The position numbers and the translations under genes are program-made. Below, one piece after another: positions 47,390 to 55,968 of a stretch of 64,000 nucleotides of DNA. Position 1 is the first letter of the stretch. Each line of letters opens with the position of its first letter. This DNA is from Polyangiaceae bacterium (GTDB lineage: Bacteria; Myxococcota_A; Polyangia; Polyangiales; Polyangiaceae): positions 29,521 through 93,520 of the forward strand of contig JBGAKG010000027.1 in NCBI GenBank assembly GCA_044224495.1, read 5' to 3'. Below the pieces are notes generated by a model. That model was not told the origin of the DNA. It worked only from the letters and a program-made list of their open reading frames with translations, and did no database searches.

Positions 47390-48285
47390 GCTCGTGCCTC
47401 CAGGCGAGACGAGAGAAGCGCGAGCGCCGTCGCCTCGATCTTCCGCGCCGTCCCCGTGCTCGCGCGCCCGACGAACGGGTCCCAGCGCTGCTCCTCGAGG
47501 ACGTGCAGGATCTCGGAGTACGTCGCCCGCATCACGCGCACGGTCATGCGACCGGCGCGGGTGACGAGGTGCGGGACGCCGCGATCGGCGACCCGATAGA
47601 GGACCCCGGCGCGGCGAGCGCCTTCGCGCATCACCGCCCGGAGCCCCTCGCCGGCGGGCCCCGGACCGATCGCACCGCGCGCGGCGAACGCGCGCAGATC
47701 GTCCTCGGTCACGCCCTCGTGCGCGAGCGCGTCGAGCGGGAGGTAGATGCGACCGTGCTCCTCCAGGTCCTCGCGGACGTCGCGCAAGACGTTGGTGAGC
47801 TGCATCGCGCGCCCGAGCGCGGCCGCCGGAGCGAGCGCGCTCGGATCGTCGACGCCGAAGACCGAGGCCATCATGATCCCGACGGTGCCCGCCGCGAGCT
47901 GGCAGTAGTGCAGGAGCTCGTCCCACGACGCGTAGCGCTTCTTGGTCAGGTCCTGCTCCATCCCGTCCACGAGATCGAGCACGGCGTACTTGGGGAGCGC
48001 GGTCGCACGGACCGTGTCGACGAAGGCGGCGAGGATCGGGTCGCCGCGATCCACGCCGCGGTAGACGTCGTCGACCTGGGCGCGGAGGTCCGCGATCGCG
48101 GTGGGCGACGTGAGCGCGCCGTCGACGGCGTCGTCGCAGCGGCGACAGAACGCATAGACGGCGAACGCGCGCGCCTTGGTCACGCGCCCGAGGAAGCGGG
48201 ACGCGAAGTGGAAGCTCTTCGCGCGCGCGCGGGTGATCGCCTCGGCTTCGACGTAGCCACGGGCGAGGAGGGATGCGTCGGTCAT
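47386..48285 (-). CDS. crtB: phytoene synthase
   Basis: YAFCRRCDDAVD and MQLTNVLRDVREDLEEHGRIYLP are the squalene/phytoene synthase Asp-rich motifs. 4-bp overlaps with both neighbours. Confidence 0.85.
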   Translation of the reverse strand: MTDASLLARGYVEAEAITRARAKSFHFASRFLGRVTKARAFAVYAFCRRCDDAVDGALTSPTAIADLRAQVDDVYRGVDRGDPILAAFVDTVRATALPKYAVLDLVDGMEQDLTKKRYASWDELLHYCQLAAGTVGIMMASVFGVDDPSALAPAAALGRAMQLTNVLRDVREDLEEHGRIYLPLDALAHEGVTEDDLRAFAARGAIGPGPAGEGLRAVMREGARRAGVLYRVADRGVPHLVTRAGRMTVRVMRATYSEILHVLEEQRWDPFVGRASTGTARKIEATALALLSSRLEARA

Positions 48286-49769
48286 GGGTGGACTTCCTTG
48301 GCGATGCGCTCGGACACGAGCTTCGCCCCGAGGAGGACGTTGGGGATTCCCGTCGCCGGCTGGGTGCTCGCGCCGACGAAGTAGAGGTTCTTGATTCGCC
48401 GATCGCGGTTCGGCGGTCGCATCGCGCCGACCTGGAGCAACGTGTGCGCGAGCCCGAACGCGGCGCCGCGCGAGAGCGAGAAGCGGCTGCGCCAATCGCG
48501 CGGCGTCATCACGTGCTCGCGCTCGATGGCGGCGCCAATCCCCGGGGCCACGCTCCGCTCGAGCCGCGCGAGCACCTTCGCGCGAATCGGCGCGATCGTT
48601 GCCTCGTCCCACGCGTCGTCTTCGCGCTCGCCGAGGTGCGGCACGGGGACCAGCACGTAAAGCGCGCTCTTCCCCTCCGGCGCCATCGTCGAATCGCCGA
48701 GCACGGGGTTCGCGACGTAGAAGCTCGGATCTTCGGGCAGGCGGCGCTCGTCGAAGATGCGGCGGAAGCTCTCCGCGTACGCGCCGCCGAAGAACACGTT
48801 GTGGTGGTGGAGCCCGGTTTGCTCCGTCGGCGCGAAGCGCTGGTTCGCCGCCCAGAAGAACATGAGCGCGCTGCTCGTGTACTTCATCCGCCGCAGCGGC
48901 TGCTCGAGCAGCGTGCGATACACCCACGGCAAGTCCGCGTTGGCGAGGACGACGTCCGCGTCGATCCGCTCGCCGTCCGCGCAGACGACGCCGCGGGCGG
49001 AGCCATCGGCGCCACGCGGGATCGCCGTCACGGTGCGCCCGTAGTCGATCCGGGCGCCCTGCGCGCGAGCGAGCTCCGCGAGCGCGACCGAGATCGCACC
49101 GAGCCCGCCCTTCGCGTGCCACACGCCGTGGGTCATCTCCGTGTACGGGAGCAGCCCGAAGAGCGCCGGCCCGTCGAACGGCGAGAGCCCGAGGTACATC
49201 GTCTGGAACGTCAGCGCCATGCGCAGCCGCTCGTCGGCGACCATCTCCGACGCGACGGCGTGGAGGCTCCGGTGCGATCGCGTGCGCAGCACGCCGAGGA
49301 GCGCGCGCGGCCCGAGCATGTCGCGCTTCCGATCGAACGTCCGCGCGAGGAACGTGCCGAAGGCGACCTCGGTCGAGCGACGCCCGTGCTCGAGGAACCG
49401 CAGGAACCCCGGGTACGATCCGGGCGCGAAGCGATCGAGCTCGCGCCGCATCTTCTCGCGGTCGCGCTGCATGGTGAGGAGCGCACCGTCGGCGAACTGA
49501 ATGCGATAGTTCGGATCGCAGGGCGACAGCGCGAGGTGCTCGTCCACCCGCGCGCCGCAATCCTCGAAGTGCCGCCGGAGGACGTCCGGAAAGAGGAGGA
49601 TCGTCGGACCGATGTCCCACCGGAACTCCCCGTCGACGAGCGTTCCGCAGCGGCCGCCGGGCCCCGGCTCCTTCTCGAGCACGCGCACGTCGAAGCCGGA
49701 GCGCGCGAGCCGCGCCGCTGCGGCCAGCCCCCCGATTCCTGCTCCGATGACGACAATCCGCCGGGTCAC
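48282..49769 (-). CDS. crtI: phytoene desaturase
   Basis: GTG start. RIVVIGAGIGGLAAAARL FAD fold. Full CrtI-like length of 495 aa. Confidence 0.8.
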   Translation of the reverse strand: MTRRIVVIGAGIGGLAAAARLARSGFDVRVLEKEPGPGGRCGTLVDGEFRWDIGPTILLFPDVLRRHFEDCGARVDEHLALSPCDPNYRIQFADGALLTMQRDREKMRRELDRFAPGSYPGFLRFLEHGRRSTEVAFGTFLARTFDRKRDMLGPRALLGVLRTRSHRSLHAVASEMVADERLRMALTFQTMYLGLSPFDGPALFGLLPYTEMTHGVWHAKGGLGAISVALAELARAQGARIDYGRTVTAIPRGADGSARGVVCADGERIDADVVLANADLPWVYRTLLEQPLRRMKYTSSALMFFWAANQRFAPTEQTGLHHHNVFFGGAYAESFRRIFDERRLPEDPSFYVANPVLGDSTMAPEGKSALYVLVPVPHLGEREDDAWDEATIAPIRAKVLARLERSVAPGIGAAIEREHVMTPRDWRSRFSLSRGAAFGLAHTLLQVGAMRPPNRDRRIKNLYFVGASTQPATGIPNVLLGAKLVSERIAKEVHP

Positions 49770-49790
49770 GAGCGATCCGATGACGCGGGG

Positions 49791-49840
49791 CGGAACGAAT
49801 CGCTCGAATCGCTCGCGCCCCGTTCGAAATCGCTCACGGG
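49791..49840. promoter_or_regulatory. three direct repeats of (C)GAATCGCTC in the crtI upstream / divergent promoter region
   Basis: cggaacGAATCGCTCGAATCGCTCgcgccccgttcGAAATCGCTCacgg. On the crtI coding strand an ECF-like GGAAC element is also present upstream. The motif GAATCGCTC also occurs at the edge of hairpin element copy 2. Confidence 0.35.
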
Positions 49841-49892
49841 GAGAACCTACGCGTTCCAGTTGGCATCGGATCGGGTAAATCGAGGGAGTCCC

Positions 49893-50429
49893 ATGCGTCG
49901 ATTCGCGATCGTGCTCGCTGCTGCGTTCGGTCTTGTTGCACCTGCGGTGGTCGCGGACGAAGCGCCGCCGGCCGCGCCGCGCCCCGCCGGCGTCGACTTC
50001 ACGCTCGAGACCTCGTCGGGGGGAACGAAGGCGCTCTCCACCTTGCGCGGCAAGGTCGTGATCATGTTCTACGAGGATCGTCACCACACCGAGACGAACG
50101 CGAAGGTGAAGGAGGCGGTCGGCAAGTACGGCGTCGACAACAAGCTGCAAGGCAAGGTCGAGGTCCTCGCGGTCGCGAACTTGAAGGGCTACGACTTCAA
50201 CCCGGCCGAGGGGATCGCGCGCCGCGCGATCCAGGGCATCGCCTCGCGCTTCGGGATCACGATCTGGATGGATTGGAAGGGCGTCGTGATCGACAAGGTC
50301 GGCTGCCAGGACGGGAACGCGAACGTCGTCGTCTTCGACAAGGACGGCGTCGTGAAGTGGAAGCGCGCCGGCCGCCTGAGCGAGGTCGACCAACAGAGCC
50401 TGCTCGACGCGGTGAAGGCCGCCCTCTGA
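49893..50429 (+). CDS. secreted hypothetical protein (178 aa)
   Basis: Signal peptide MRRFAIVLAAAFGLVAPAVVA. Divergent from crtI. Confidence 0.5.
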   Translation: MRRFAIVLAAAFGLVAPAVVADEAPPAAPRPAGVDFTLETSSGGTKALSTLRGKVVIMFYEDRHHTETNAKVKEAVGKYGVDNKLQGKVEVLAVANLKGYDFNPAEGIARRAIQGIASRFGITIWMDWKGVVIDKVGCQDGNANVVVFDKDGVVKWKRAGRLSEVDQQSLLDAVKAAL

Positions 50430-50494
50430 CCGCTCCCAAAGCCTGAAACTCGCCCGAAAGTGTGCCATCCTCCCGATCGGGAGGCGCGGGAATC

Positions 50495-51559
50495 ATGCGC
50501 GGACGGACGTATCTGGCCCTCGGGGCGGGGCTTTTGGGGTTGGGTGGAATCATCGCGGCGTGTGCGCAGCCGATCGCACAGATCGATCCGCCGGACGCCT
50601 CGGATCAGGACACCGGGACGACCCCGCCGAAGGACGGTGGGACGACCCCCGACGGCGGCAAGACCGACGCTGGGTGTGGCGCGGGCGAGACCAAGTGCGG
50701 TTCGGTCTGCAAGAACCTCCAGACCGATCCCCAGAACTGCGGCACGTGCGGAACGCCGTGCCCCTCGGGCCGCGCGTGCGAGTCGGGGGAGTGCCACCTC
50801 GCGTGCTCGCCGCAGACGCGGTGCCTCGTCGGGGACGCCGGTCCCGAGGCGGGCATCGAAACCTGCGTCGACACGAAGACGAACACCGCGCACTGCGGCG
50901 CGTGCAACCAGGCGTGTCCGAGCGCGCAGTACTGCGACTCGGGCACGTGCGACCTCGACTGCAGCGACGCGGGGACGAAGTGCTCCGTCCCGGACGCGGG
51001 CCTCGCCTGCATCGACACGAAGACGAACACCGCGCACTGCGGCGCGTGCAACGCTCCGTGCGCGGGCGGGAAGGTGTGCGTGAACGGCGCGTGCCAGACG
51101 CCGGTCGCGCAGAACATCGCGCCCCTCGGCACGGTGACGATCAGCAGCGGCGGCAGCACCGGCAACTACGTGCCGGCGAAGGCGAACGACGGCGTCTCGC
51201 AAGTGACGAACTGCAACATGTTCGCGTGGATCAACGGGGGCAGCGCCCCCGGCACGGACTGGCTCCAGGTCGACTGGGGCTCGACCTCGCACCAGGTGAG
51301 CGCGATCACGGTCGACACGAACTCGACCGGCACGGACTCGTGCGGCAACAGCGGCCGCTGCTTGGCGGGCGCGCAGGTGCAGTGGTGGAACGGCGCGTCG
51401 TGGGTGACCGCGACCACCATCACCGGGCAGACGAACGACTGGACCTACAACTTCCCGGCGGCGGTGACGACGACGAAGGTCCGCCTGTACGGCGTCTATG
51501 CCGTCGGCGGACAGGGATCGAACCCGGTGGTGTTCGAGATCTTCGTGAACGGGATCTGA
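50495..51559 (+). CDS. lipoprotein with myxobacterial Cys-rich repeats and C-terminal discoidin/F5-8 type C-like domain
   Basis: Lipobox IIAAC. Repeated units of the form C.DTKTNTAHCGACN..C (myxo_disulf-type repeat). The C-terminal beta-sandwich region resembles a galactose-binding domain. Confidence 0.65.
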   Translation: MRGRTYLALGAGLLGLGGIIAACAQPIAQIDPPDASDQDTGTTPPKDGGTTPDGGKTDAGCGAGETKCGSVCKNLQTDPQNCGTCGTPCPSGRACESGECHLACSPQTRCLVGDAGPEAGIETCVDTKTNTAHCGACNQACPSAQYCDSGTCDLDCSDAGTKCSVPDAGLACIDTKTNTAHCGACNAPCAGGKVCVNGACQTPVAQNIAPLGTVTISSGGSTGNYVPAKANDGVSQVTNCNMFAWINGGSAPGTDWLQVDWGSTSHQVSAITVDTNSTGTDSCGNSGRCLAGAQVQWWNGASWVTATTITGQTNDWTYNFPAAVTTTKVRLYGVYAVGGQGSNPVVFEIFVNGI

Positions 51560-51589
51560 ACGGGATCCGAACGAAGCGGCGGGGCGAGC

Positions 51590-53302
51590 TCAGGCCTTGC
51601 TGGGCTCGCCGTCTTCCTCTTCGTCCTCGTCGCTGTCTTCGTCCTCGTCCTCGTCGTCTTCGTCTTCCTCGTCGTCGGCCGGCTTCTTCGCCACCGGCTT
51701 CGACTTGGCGGGCGCGGGGGACGCTTCTTCTTCTTCTTCGTCCTCGTCCTCCTCGTCCTCTTCGTCTTCGTCTTCGTCGTCGTCTTCCTCGGCGGCAGAC
51801 GTCTTCGACGTGACGGGCGGCGCCTTCGCGGTCGGTGCGTCGTCGTCGACCTCGTCGTCCTTTTCGTCCTCGTCCTCCTCGACGTCCGCCGGGACGGGCT
51901 TCTTCGCGACGACCTTGCCTTTGGCGGGGGCGCCCTTCTTCGGGCGCTCCTCTTCCTCTTCGTCTTCGTCGCGCTTCTTCTTGCGCTTCGCTTCGGCCTT
52001 GAGCGCGCGATCGGAGAGATCCATGACCGCCATCGCGGCACGTGGGTTCTTCCGCGCTTCGTTCCAGAGCTTCGCGTAGAAGTACGCGACCGCGAGCGCC
52101 GTCAGGAGCCCGATGAACTGGCTGGTGGAGAGGTTGTACGGATCGGACTCGAACTGCTTGGTGCGGAGCACCCAGAGCGCGATCGGCACCGGCACGAACG
52201 CGAACGCACGCGCCGCGGTCCGCGTGCGCGGATCCGGGATCGAGAGGGACGGCCCGAACGTGAACGCGATCGCGAACAGGAAGAGCGCGAAGCCCACGAG
52301 AAGGTACTTGTCCATGCGCGGGGGCACGTCCCCACGCTCCGCGTCGTCGCGCCAGAGCTCGAGCAGGAACCGCAGGAACCCGTACGCGAACGCGAACAAG
52401 AAGAAGATCTGCCCGCGGAACTTCTGGTGCCGCCGCGCCCAGAGCAGGAACGCGAAGAGACCGAGCCCGATCAGCGCCTCGTACAGCTGCGTCGGGTGAA
52501 CGGCGAAGGAGTGGTCGCCGGGATCGACGCAGTTGAGCTCGCCGTTGGTGCGGCAGCTCTGGTACTGCGAGAGGTGGTGGGCGAACGCAGGGGACCCGAT
52601 GATGGGGTTGCCCTTGTCGTCGTAACCGAGCGTGCCGTCGGCGAGGTGCGGGAAGGTCCCGAGCTTGCGGAGCCAGCCGGGCGAGCCGTCCCCGAGGCGC
52701 GTGCCGAAGTCGCAACCGAACAGGTAGCAACCGATGCGCGTCACGAGGAGGCCGCTCGCGAGCGACGGCACCGCGACGTCGGCCCAGGGCAGGAGGCGCA
52801 CGCTCTTGGCGCGCAGGTAAGCCCAGCTCCCCAAGAACCCGCCGATGAATCCGCCGTAGGCGACGAGACCACCGCGCCGAAGCGCGAACCAGTCGGCCAC
52901 GGTGTCGAACTGGCTCGGGTTCGTCACGATGTACAAGAGTCGCGAGCCGACGAGCGCGGCGAGCGCGGTGATGACGTAGCAGTTCGCCATCGTCTCTTTG
53001 TCGAGCCCGTCCTTCTCCGCGAGCGGGAGGGTGACGTACCAACCGATGACGAGCGAGAGCCCGAGCATCACGCCGTACGAGTAGATGGGGATGTTCTCCG
53101 CCTTGAACTCGCTCGCGCGGAAGTACCAGGCGCCGAAGCCGGCCGCAGCCGCGACGACGAGCCCGGTCATGGCATCGCTCTTCTCGTTCCGACGGCGAGA
53201 CCAGAGCCCGTAGATCGCAGCGATGGCGGCGACCGCGACGAGCGCCCACCACAGCTTCAGTGGTCGGTTCGGCAGCGGGATTCGAAAGAGTATCGGGTGC
53301 AT
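51590..53302 (-). CDS. lgt: prolipoprotein diacylglyceryl transferase with long poly-acidic C-terminal extension
   Basis: HPTQLYEAL and the Lgt signature region G.LVTRIGCYLFGCDFG. Multiple TM helices. A C-terminal tail of about 150 aa is rich in D/E/K/A. Confidence 0.8.
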   Translation of the reverse strand: MHPILFRIPLPNRPLKLWWALVAVAAIAAIYGLWSRRRNEKSDAMTGLVVAAAAGFGAWYFRASEFKAENIPIYSYGVMLGLSLVIGWYVTLPLAEKDGLDKETMANCYVITALAALVGSRLLYIVTNPSQFDTVADWFALRRGGLVAYGGFIGGFLGSWAYLRAKSVRLLPWADVAVPSLASGLLVTRIGCYLFGCDFGTRLGDGSPGWLRKLGTFPHLADGTLGYDDKGNPIIGSPAFAHHLSQYQSCRTNGELNCVDPGDHSFAVHPTQLYEALIGLGLFAFLLWARRHQKFRGQIFFLFAFAYGFLRFLLELWRDDAERGDVPPRMDKYLLVGFALFLFAIAFTFGPSLSIPDPRTRTAARAFAFVPVPIALWVLRTKQFESDPYNLSTSQFIGLLTALAVAYFYAKLWNEARKNPRAAMAVMDLSDRALKAEAKRKKKRDEDEEEEERPKKGAPAKGKVVAKKPVPADVEEDEDEKDDEVDDDAPTAKAPPVTSKTSAAEEDDDEDEDEEDEEDEDEEEEEASPAPAKSKPVAKKPADDEEDEDDEDEDEDSDEDEEEDGEPSKA

Positions 53303-53362
53303 GGCGGGTGCGTTTTTACCCGAAACCAACCCGGGGTGCACCTCCCGTGCTAAGTCTCGGCC

Positions 53363-54289
53363 ATGCGCACCGCTTCGGCGTCGGCACGGCAAGCTCTCGT
53401 TCTCGTCGGCCTCGCCGCGTGCGGGATCGGGGTGCTCGTGGCCTGTATCCCTTCGGGCAATAGCGTCCCGTCCGAGGCGGGGCCCTCGACGTCGACCGCG
53501 GCAGCCACGCCGACGAGCACGTTCCGCCCGTCGATTGGGGTCATGTCGATCCCCTTCGAGGACAATTTCGAGCGCGCTTCGGCGCCGATCGCCACCGCGA
53601 CGGTCCTCCTGCCGACCCCGGCGCTGAGCGCGCTGAACCTGGGTGACGCAGGGCCCGCGGGCGATGCGGCGCGCGGGGATGCGGGTCCGACCCTGGTGGC
53701 TCCGACGGCCTCGATCGCCGTCGCCCCGCCCGACGACCTCGGCCCCGACTGGCGCCAGGCGCAGACCAACGTCTGGCACATCGAGAACGGGCGCCTCTGC
53801 GGAAAGAACGCCCACAACCACGGCGTCTGGCTCCAGCGCGTGCTCCCGATGAACGCGCGAATCGAGTTCGACGCGATCAGCGACTCGCCCGACGGCGACC
53901 TCAAGTCCGAGCTCTGGGGCGACGGCCAGTCCGGCGCGACCGGGATCTCCTACACGAACGCCACGAGCTACCTCACCATCTTCGGCGGCTGGCACAACAA
54001 GTACCACGTGCTCGCGCGCATCAACGAGCACGGCTCGGACCGGCAGGAGATCGAGATCGACCCGAAGAGCGACGACCCGCGGGAGCGGCCGGCGGTCAAA
54101 GGCCAGCTCTACCACTTCAAAGTGGAGCGGACCGACGGGCGGACGGTGCGTTGGTTCGTCGACGGGATAGAATGGCTCAAGTTCACCGATCCCGATCCGT
54201 TGATCGGTTTCGGGCACGACCACTTCGGCTTCAACGACTGGGAAGTGAAGGTCTGCTTCGACAACGTGAAGGTCACGCCGCTTCCCTAG
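53363..54289 (+). CDS. lipoprotein with C-terminal DUF1080-like (concanavalin-like) domain
   Basis: Lipobox LVGLAACG, a low-complexity linker, and a C-terminal WHIENGRL...FGGWHNKYH region like the 3-keto-disaccharide hydrolase/DUF1080 fold. Confidence 0.55.
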   Translation: MRTASASARQALVLVGLAACGIGVLVACIPSGNSVPSEAGPSTSTAAATPTSTFRPSIGVMSIPFEDNFERASAPIATATVLLPTPALSALNLGDAGPAGDAARGDAGPTLVAPTASIAVAPPDDLGPDWRQAQTNVWHIENGRLCGKNAHNHGVWLQRVLPMNARIEFDAISDSPDGDLKSELWGDGQSGATGISYTNATSYLTIFGGWHNKYHVLARINEHGSDRQEIEIDPKSDDPRERPAVKGQLYHFKVERTDGRTVRWFVDGIEWLKFTDPDPLIGFGHDHFGFNDWEVKVCFDNVKVTPLP

Positions 54290-54331
54290 CCTCAGCCACC
54301 TGGCCCGCCACGTCCGAGAGGGGTCCTTTTT

Positions 54332-55534
54332 TTGGAGCAATCGGAAGTCGAGATCCTCGTGAACGAGCTCGAGACGCGGGTGGACCGTCTCCGCTCGCTC
54401 TACGATCAGTACTTCATGGGGATCGAGCGCGTGCCGCCGGCGGTACCGCACAAGGACGTCGACCGGCGCGTGCAGGTGCTGCGGCGCGAGCAGATCCGGA
54501 ACACGGGTCTGCGCTTCCGTTTCCAGATGATCGTGCAGCGCTACAACACCTTCCAATCCTATTGGATCCGGATCTGCCGCCAGATCGAAGAGGGCACCTA
54601 CAAGCGCGACGTGTTGCGAGCCAAGCGAAAGGAGGTCGAGCGCGTCGCACGAGAGAGCATGCCGCCGGCCTCGATCGACATCACGGGGGATCTCGAGCTC
54701 GAGGAGGTCGAGGACCTCGAGGCGCTCCTCGCGGACGAGGCCGAGACCACGGCGAAGGGTGGGCTCGCGCCCGCGCCGAGCGCGGCGAAAGCGCCGCCGG
54801 TGCCCGCCGCGAAGCCGTCGCCTCCGGCCCCGGCCGCGAAGCCCGCTCCCGCGCCCGCCGCTGCGAAGCCGGCGCCGGCGCCGCTGAAGCTCGACGATCT
54901 CGACGATTTCGACGCGCTCGGTGAGAAGCCGACGAAGCTCCGCAACGAGCCGGCTGCCGCGAAACCGGCGCCCGGGCCGGCGGCGCCGGCGAAGCCCGGC
55001 CCGGCCGCGCCCGTCGGCCCCGTCGCGGTGGCGCCGATCGCGGGTGCGGGTGGCGCGAGGCCGGTGTGGAAGAAGGTGTCGGCGCCCGCAGCCGGGGTCT
55101 CGATCCCGATCGCGACGCCGAACAAGCCCATCGTCCCCTCGGCGGCGCCCCGGGTGGAGCCGCCGAAGCCCGAGCCGAAGCCCGAAGCGCCGAAGCCGGA
55201 GGCACCCCGACCGGCGGCCGCGGCGGCACCTGCCGCCAGCGCGGCAGCCGATGCAAAGAAGCCGGTTCGTCCGCGGCCGGAGCAGCCGCCTCCCCGCAAA
55301 CCGCTCGGGCCGAGCGACCTACCCGATGCGCGGGTCCGGCAGATCTACGCCGAATACGTGCGCTCGAAGCGGGCGCAGAACGAGTCGACGGCGGCCCTCA
55401 CCTACGAGTCGATGGCCAAATCCATCCGCGACTCGTCGGAGAAGCTCCGCGACAAGCACGGCGGGAAGATGGTGGACTTCGAGGTCTCCGTCAAAGACGG
55501 GAAGACCATCCTGAAGCCGGTCGTGAAGGGCTGA
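54332..55534 (+). CDS. hypothetical protein with Pro/Ala/Lys-rich central linker (myxobacterial conserved)
   Basis: Structured N-terminal domain (about 110 aa) and C-terminal domain (about 90 aa) separated by a long PAAKP-type repeat linker. Confidence 0.5.
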   Translation: MEQSEVEILVNELETRVDRLRSLYDQYFMGIERVPPAVPHKDVDRRVQVLRREQIRNTGLRFRFQMIVQRYNTFQSYWIRICRQIEEGTYKRDVLRAKRKEVERVARESMPPASIDITGDLELEEVEDLEALLADEAETTAKGGLAPAPSAAKAPPVPAAKPSPPAPAAKPAPAPAAAKPAPAPLKLDDLDDFDALGEKPTKLRNEPAAAKPAPGPAAPAKPGPAAPVGPVAVAPIAGAGGARPVWKKVSAPAAGVSIPIATPNKPIVPSAAPRVEPPKPEPKPEAPKPEAPRPAAAAAPAASAAADAKKPVRPRPEQPPPRKPLGPSDLPDARVRQIYAEYVRSKRAQNESTAALTYESMAKSIRDSSEKLRDKHGGKMVDFEVSVKDGKTILKPVVKG

Positions 55535-55556
55535 CGGCCTGACTAAAAGCGGCGGC

Positions 55557-55793
55557 TCAGTGGCCGCGCGCGCGGAATCCCTCGTCGTCACCACAGAATA
55601 CGATCGCGCAGTGGCTCATCGCGTTGGCTTGAATGCGGGCGCAGAGCTCGACCAGGTCCTCGTCCGAGTCGACGACACTTCCTTCGACCGGCTGCACCGT
55701 CCGCCCATCGTAGCGGCAGTCATCCAGGGCGACCCAACGCCCACGGAAGTCATGGTGCTCTCGAATCTGGCCCCAGCTCAAACGACTCATCAT
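55557..55793 (-). CDS. small hypothetical protein (78 aa, DUF5678-like)
   Basis: WVALDDCRYD...VVDSDEDLVELC. Compact, plausible small protein. Confidence 0.4.
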   Translation of the reverse strand: MMSRLSWGQIREHHDFRGRWVALDDCRYDGRTVQPVEGSVVDSDEDLVELCARIQANAMSHCAIVFCGDDEGFRARGH

Positions 55794-55834
55794 TCAGAGA
55801 CGACCTCTTCCCCCCGAGTCACTACGCGCGTACG

Positions 55835-55895
55835 CCCGAGACTCTCGGTGCGTTGCGGTCCCGTTCCAAGTACGAAACCGGTTCGGAACGTACCC
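55835..55895. promoter_or_regulatory. palindromes in divergent promoter region: CCGAGACTCTCGG and GTACGAAACCGGTTCGGAACGTAC
   Basis: A perfect 13-bp palindrome, and a longer imperfect palindrome built around AACCGGTT, lie between divergent genes 55557..55793 (-) and 55969..58746 (+). Confidence 0.35.
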
Positions 55896-55968
55896 CTCGT
55901 ACACCTGGCGGAAGGGAGCGGTCAAGAAACCGCCCCCGTCGGCGGGAGTACACCCCGAGCGGAAATCC

